A stretch of DNA of 63,538 nt, the filler included, from Pelomyxa schiedti (Eukaryota; Protista; Evosea), in assembly GCA_020536535.1 (NCBI GenBank). It is 14 parts of 14 records of this genome, joined end to end, with 100 filler letters (N's around TTAATTAATTAA, not from the genome) between each part and the next. Parts side by side here need not be neighbours in the genome. Positions count along the whole stretch, not along the records: positions 62,353 to 63,538 come from JAHLWZ010002724.1; 13 more parts are not named here. One strand, 5' to 3'. Position numbers and translations under genes: made by a program. Below the pieces are notes generated by a model, which ran no database searches, was not told the origin of the DNA, and saw only the letters and a list, made by a program, of their open reading frames with translations. Within the stretch, counting starts at the first letter, position 1. Each line of letters starts with the position of its first letter. Below, piece by piece: positions 62,253 through 63,538 of the stretch.

Positions 62253-62926
62253 NNNNNNNNNNNNNNNNNNNNNNNNNNNNNNNNNNNNNNNNNNNNTTAA
62301 TTAATTAANNNNNNNNNNNNNNNNNNNNNNNNNNNNNNNNNNNNNNNNNNNNTGTTCTCTTGCTCTCTGAAAATGAAATTGGAAATGATGAACTTAGCCT
62401 TGTGACCACATTGAAGTATCTTCAAACATCACATCACCGACACTTTCAATGTTTTCCTTTTATATATTAAATTTGTCTTCACTTATTTTTACTCCTCATT
62501 TGTTCCCTTTTGCTTTGTTTATATTGATTTTTCCTGAGCTTCAAATATGGGTTTGTAGCATTCCCGCGCCTTGTTTGGTGTGTTGTGTGTATGATTCTCA
62601 TGATTTCCATGCTAATGTCGTTGCAGAGTGCGTGCATGGCTGGCCAGTGCCGGAAATGACCGCTTCAGTGCTGGAAATATCCGGTTCTGTCCCGGCTGAG
62701 TATGCATGCCATTCCACTCGCATCACTGCACGCACTAACTAATGTGGACTGCAGTGCTGCTGCTGTTGCTGTTGTTGCTTTGGTTTTGTTGCTCTTGCTG
62801 TTGCTGCTCCTGTTGTTCTTCTTGCTGCTGTTCTTGTTGTTGTCGTTGTTGTTGGTTGGTTGCCCCAGCGTTGTTGACGGTTCTTTCGTCATCAGAAGAG
62901 AATTCATTTGGCCTCTCATCACCGTC

Positions 62927-63538
62927 ATGGCAGCTGCAACCAACAAACGAGTGGGTGCTGCGACCATGGTTGTCGACTACACGGTGCCTCGTGGTGGCCC
63001 AACGTACACTGGTCGGGTGGTCGATGGCAAACGCGACGGCAGGGGCACCCTAAAATTGCCAAACGGCGACACGTGCGACGGTGTGTGGCTCAACGGAGAC
63101 ATGAACGGCCGAGGGGTGTACAAGTGGCACGGTGGCGAAACCCACGAGGGAGAGTGGCTCAACGACAAGAGGGATGGGTGGGGTGTGGCCCACTGGGCCA
63201 GTGGCCGGTGGTTCGAGGGGCTGTGGAGGGATGACCACTGGAAAAGGGGAACGTGGCACGACAGCAACGGTGTGGATGTGTGGGATGGCGAGTGGGTGTG
63301 GAACGCAACCACAAATTTACATTACATGCAGGGGTGGGGCGTGCAAAGGAGGACGACAACCAAGGGGGGGGCCACAGGAGCAATGGTCACGGTGTATGAG
63401 GGTGAGTGGGACAGTCACAAGTGGCACGGTGTGGGAATGTGGAAGTCACCTGATGGCTCGGGTGACATCTACCATGGTCAATTCGATCACGGAATGAAAT
63501 GTGGAACAGGGAGTATCCTGTTTGGCGGTGGTGGCGAT
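62927..63538 (+). CDS. MORN-repeat protein, runs off the window (absent from the ORF track)
   Basis: Manual translation gives YTGRVVDGKRDGRGTLKLPNGDTCDGVWLNGDMNGRGVYKW..THEGEW..YEGEWD..WHGVG. Confidence 0.9.
   Translation, partial: MAAATNKRVGAATMVVDYTVPRGGPTYTGRVVDGKRDGRGTLKLPNGDTCDGVWLNGDMNGRGVYKWHGGETHEGEWLNDKRDGWGVAHWASGRWFEGLWRDDHWKRGTWHDSNGVDVWDGEWVWNATTNLHYMQGWGVQRRTTTKGGATGAMVTVYEGEWDSHKWHGVGMWKSPDGSGDIYHGQFDHGMKCGTGSILFGGGGD

Noticed and set aside
1-63538. CRISPR arrays, rRNA, tRNA or prokaryotic operons (endosymbiont DNA)
   Set aside because: None recognised by eye. Most contigs show introns, eukaryotic gene families or eukaryotic TEs.

Overview
This window is eukaryotic genomic DNA, not one continuous locus. 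It is 14 short contigs joined by 13 artificial 100-bp linkers (44 N + TTAATTAATTAA + 44 N), so nothing across a linker is a real neighbour. Short GT-AG introns (about 40-125 nt), low-complexity tracts and a highly expanded 'ARxQFxAL..HPRCG..SP' gene family point to a free-living amoebozoan. From memory it most resembles Pelomyxa schiedti; that is an inference and was not checked. Expanded families: 8 copies or fragments of the uncharacterised RCG-box plus beta-rich family, and 2 ankyrin-like paralogues sharing an intron position. Other genes: a PINK1-like kinase, a FANCI-like solenoid, a PPP phosphatase with an RRM-like N-terminus, an EF-hand protein, a C1-domain protein ending in a CPI-like motif, an intron-containing bacterial-type SMI1/KNR4 (SUKH) protein, a DH-like plus RhoGAP protein, a secreted 5-repeat protein, adenylate kinase, and SEL1, RING, F-box and MORN proteins. 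Mobile DNA: a composite of decayed hAT and Sola-like transposases, a 1.05-kb TIR element whose first base completes a host stop codon, and a 1.6-kb PIF1/Helitron-like unit whose contig closes on itself with an exact 77-bp overlap. Family assignments come from motif recognition only; no searches were run.
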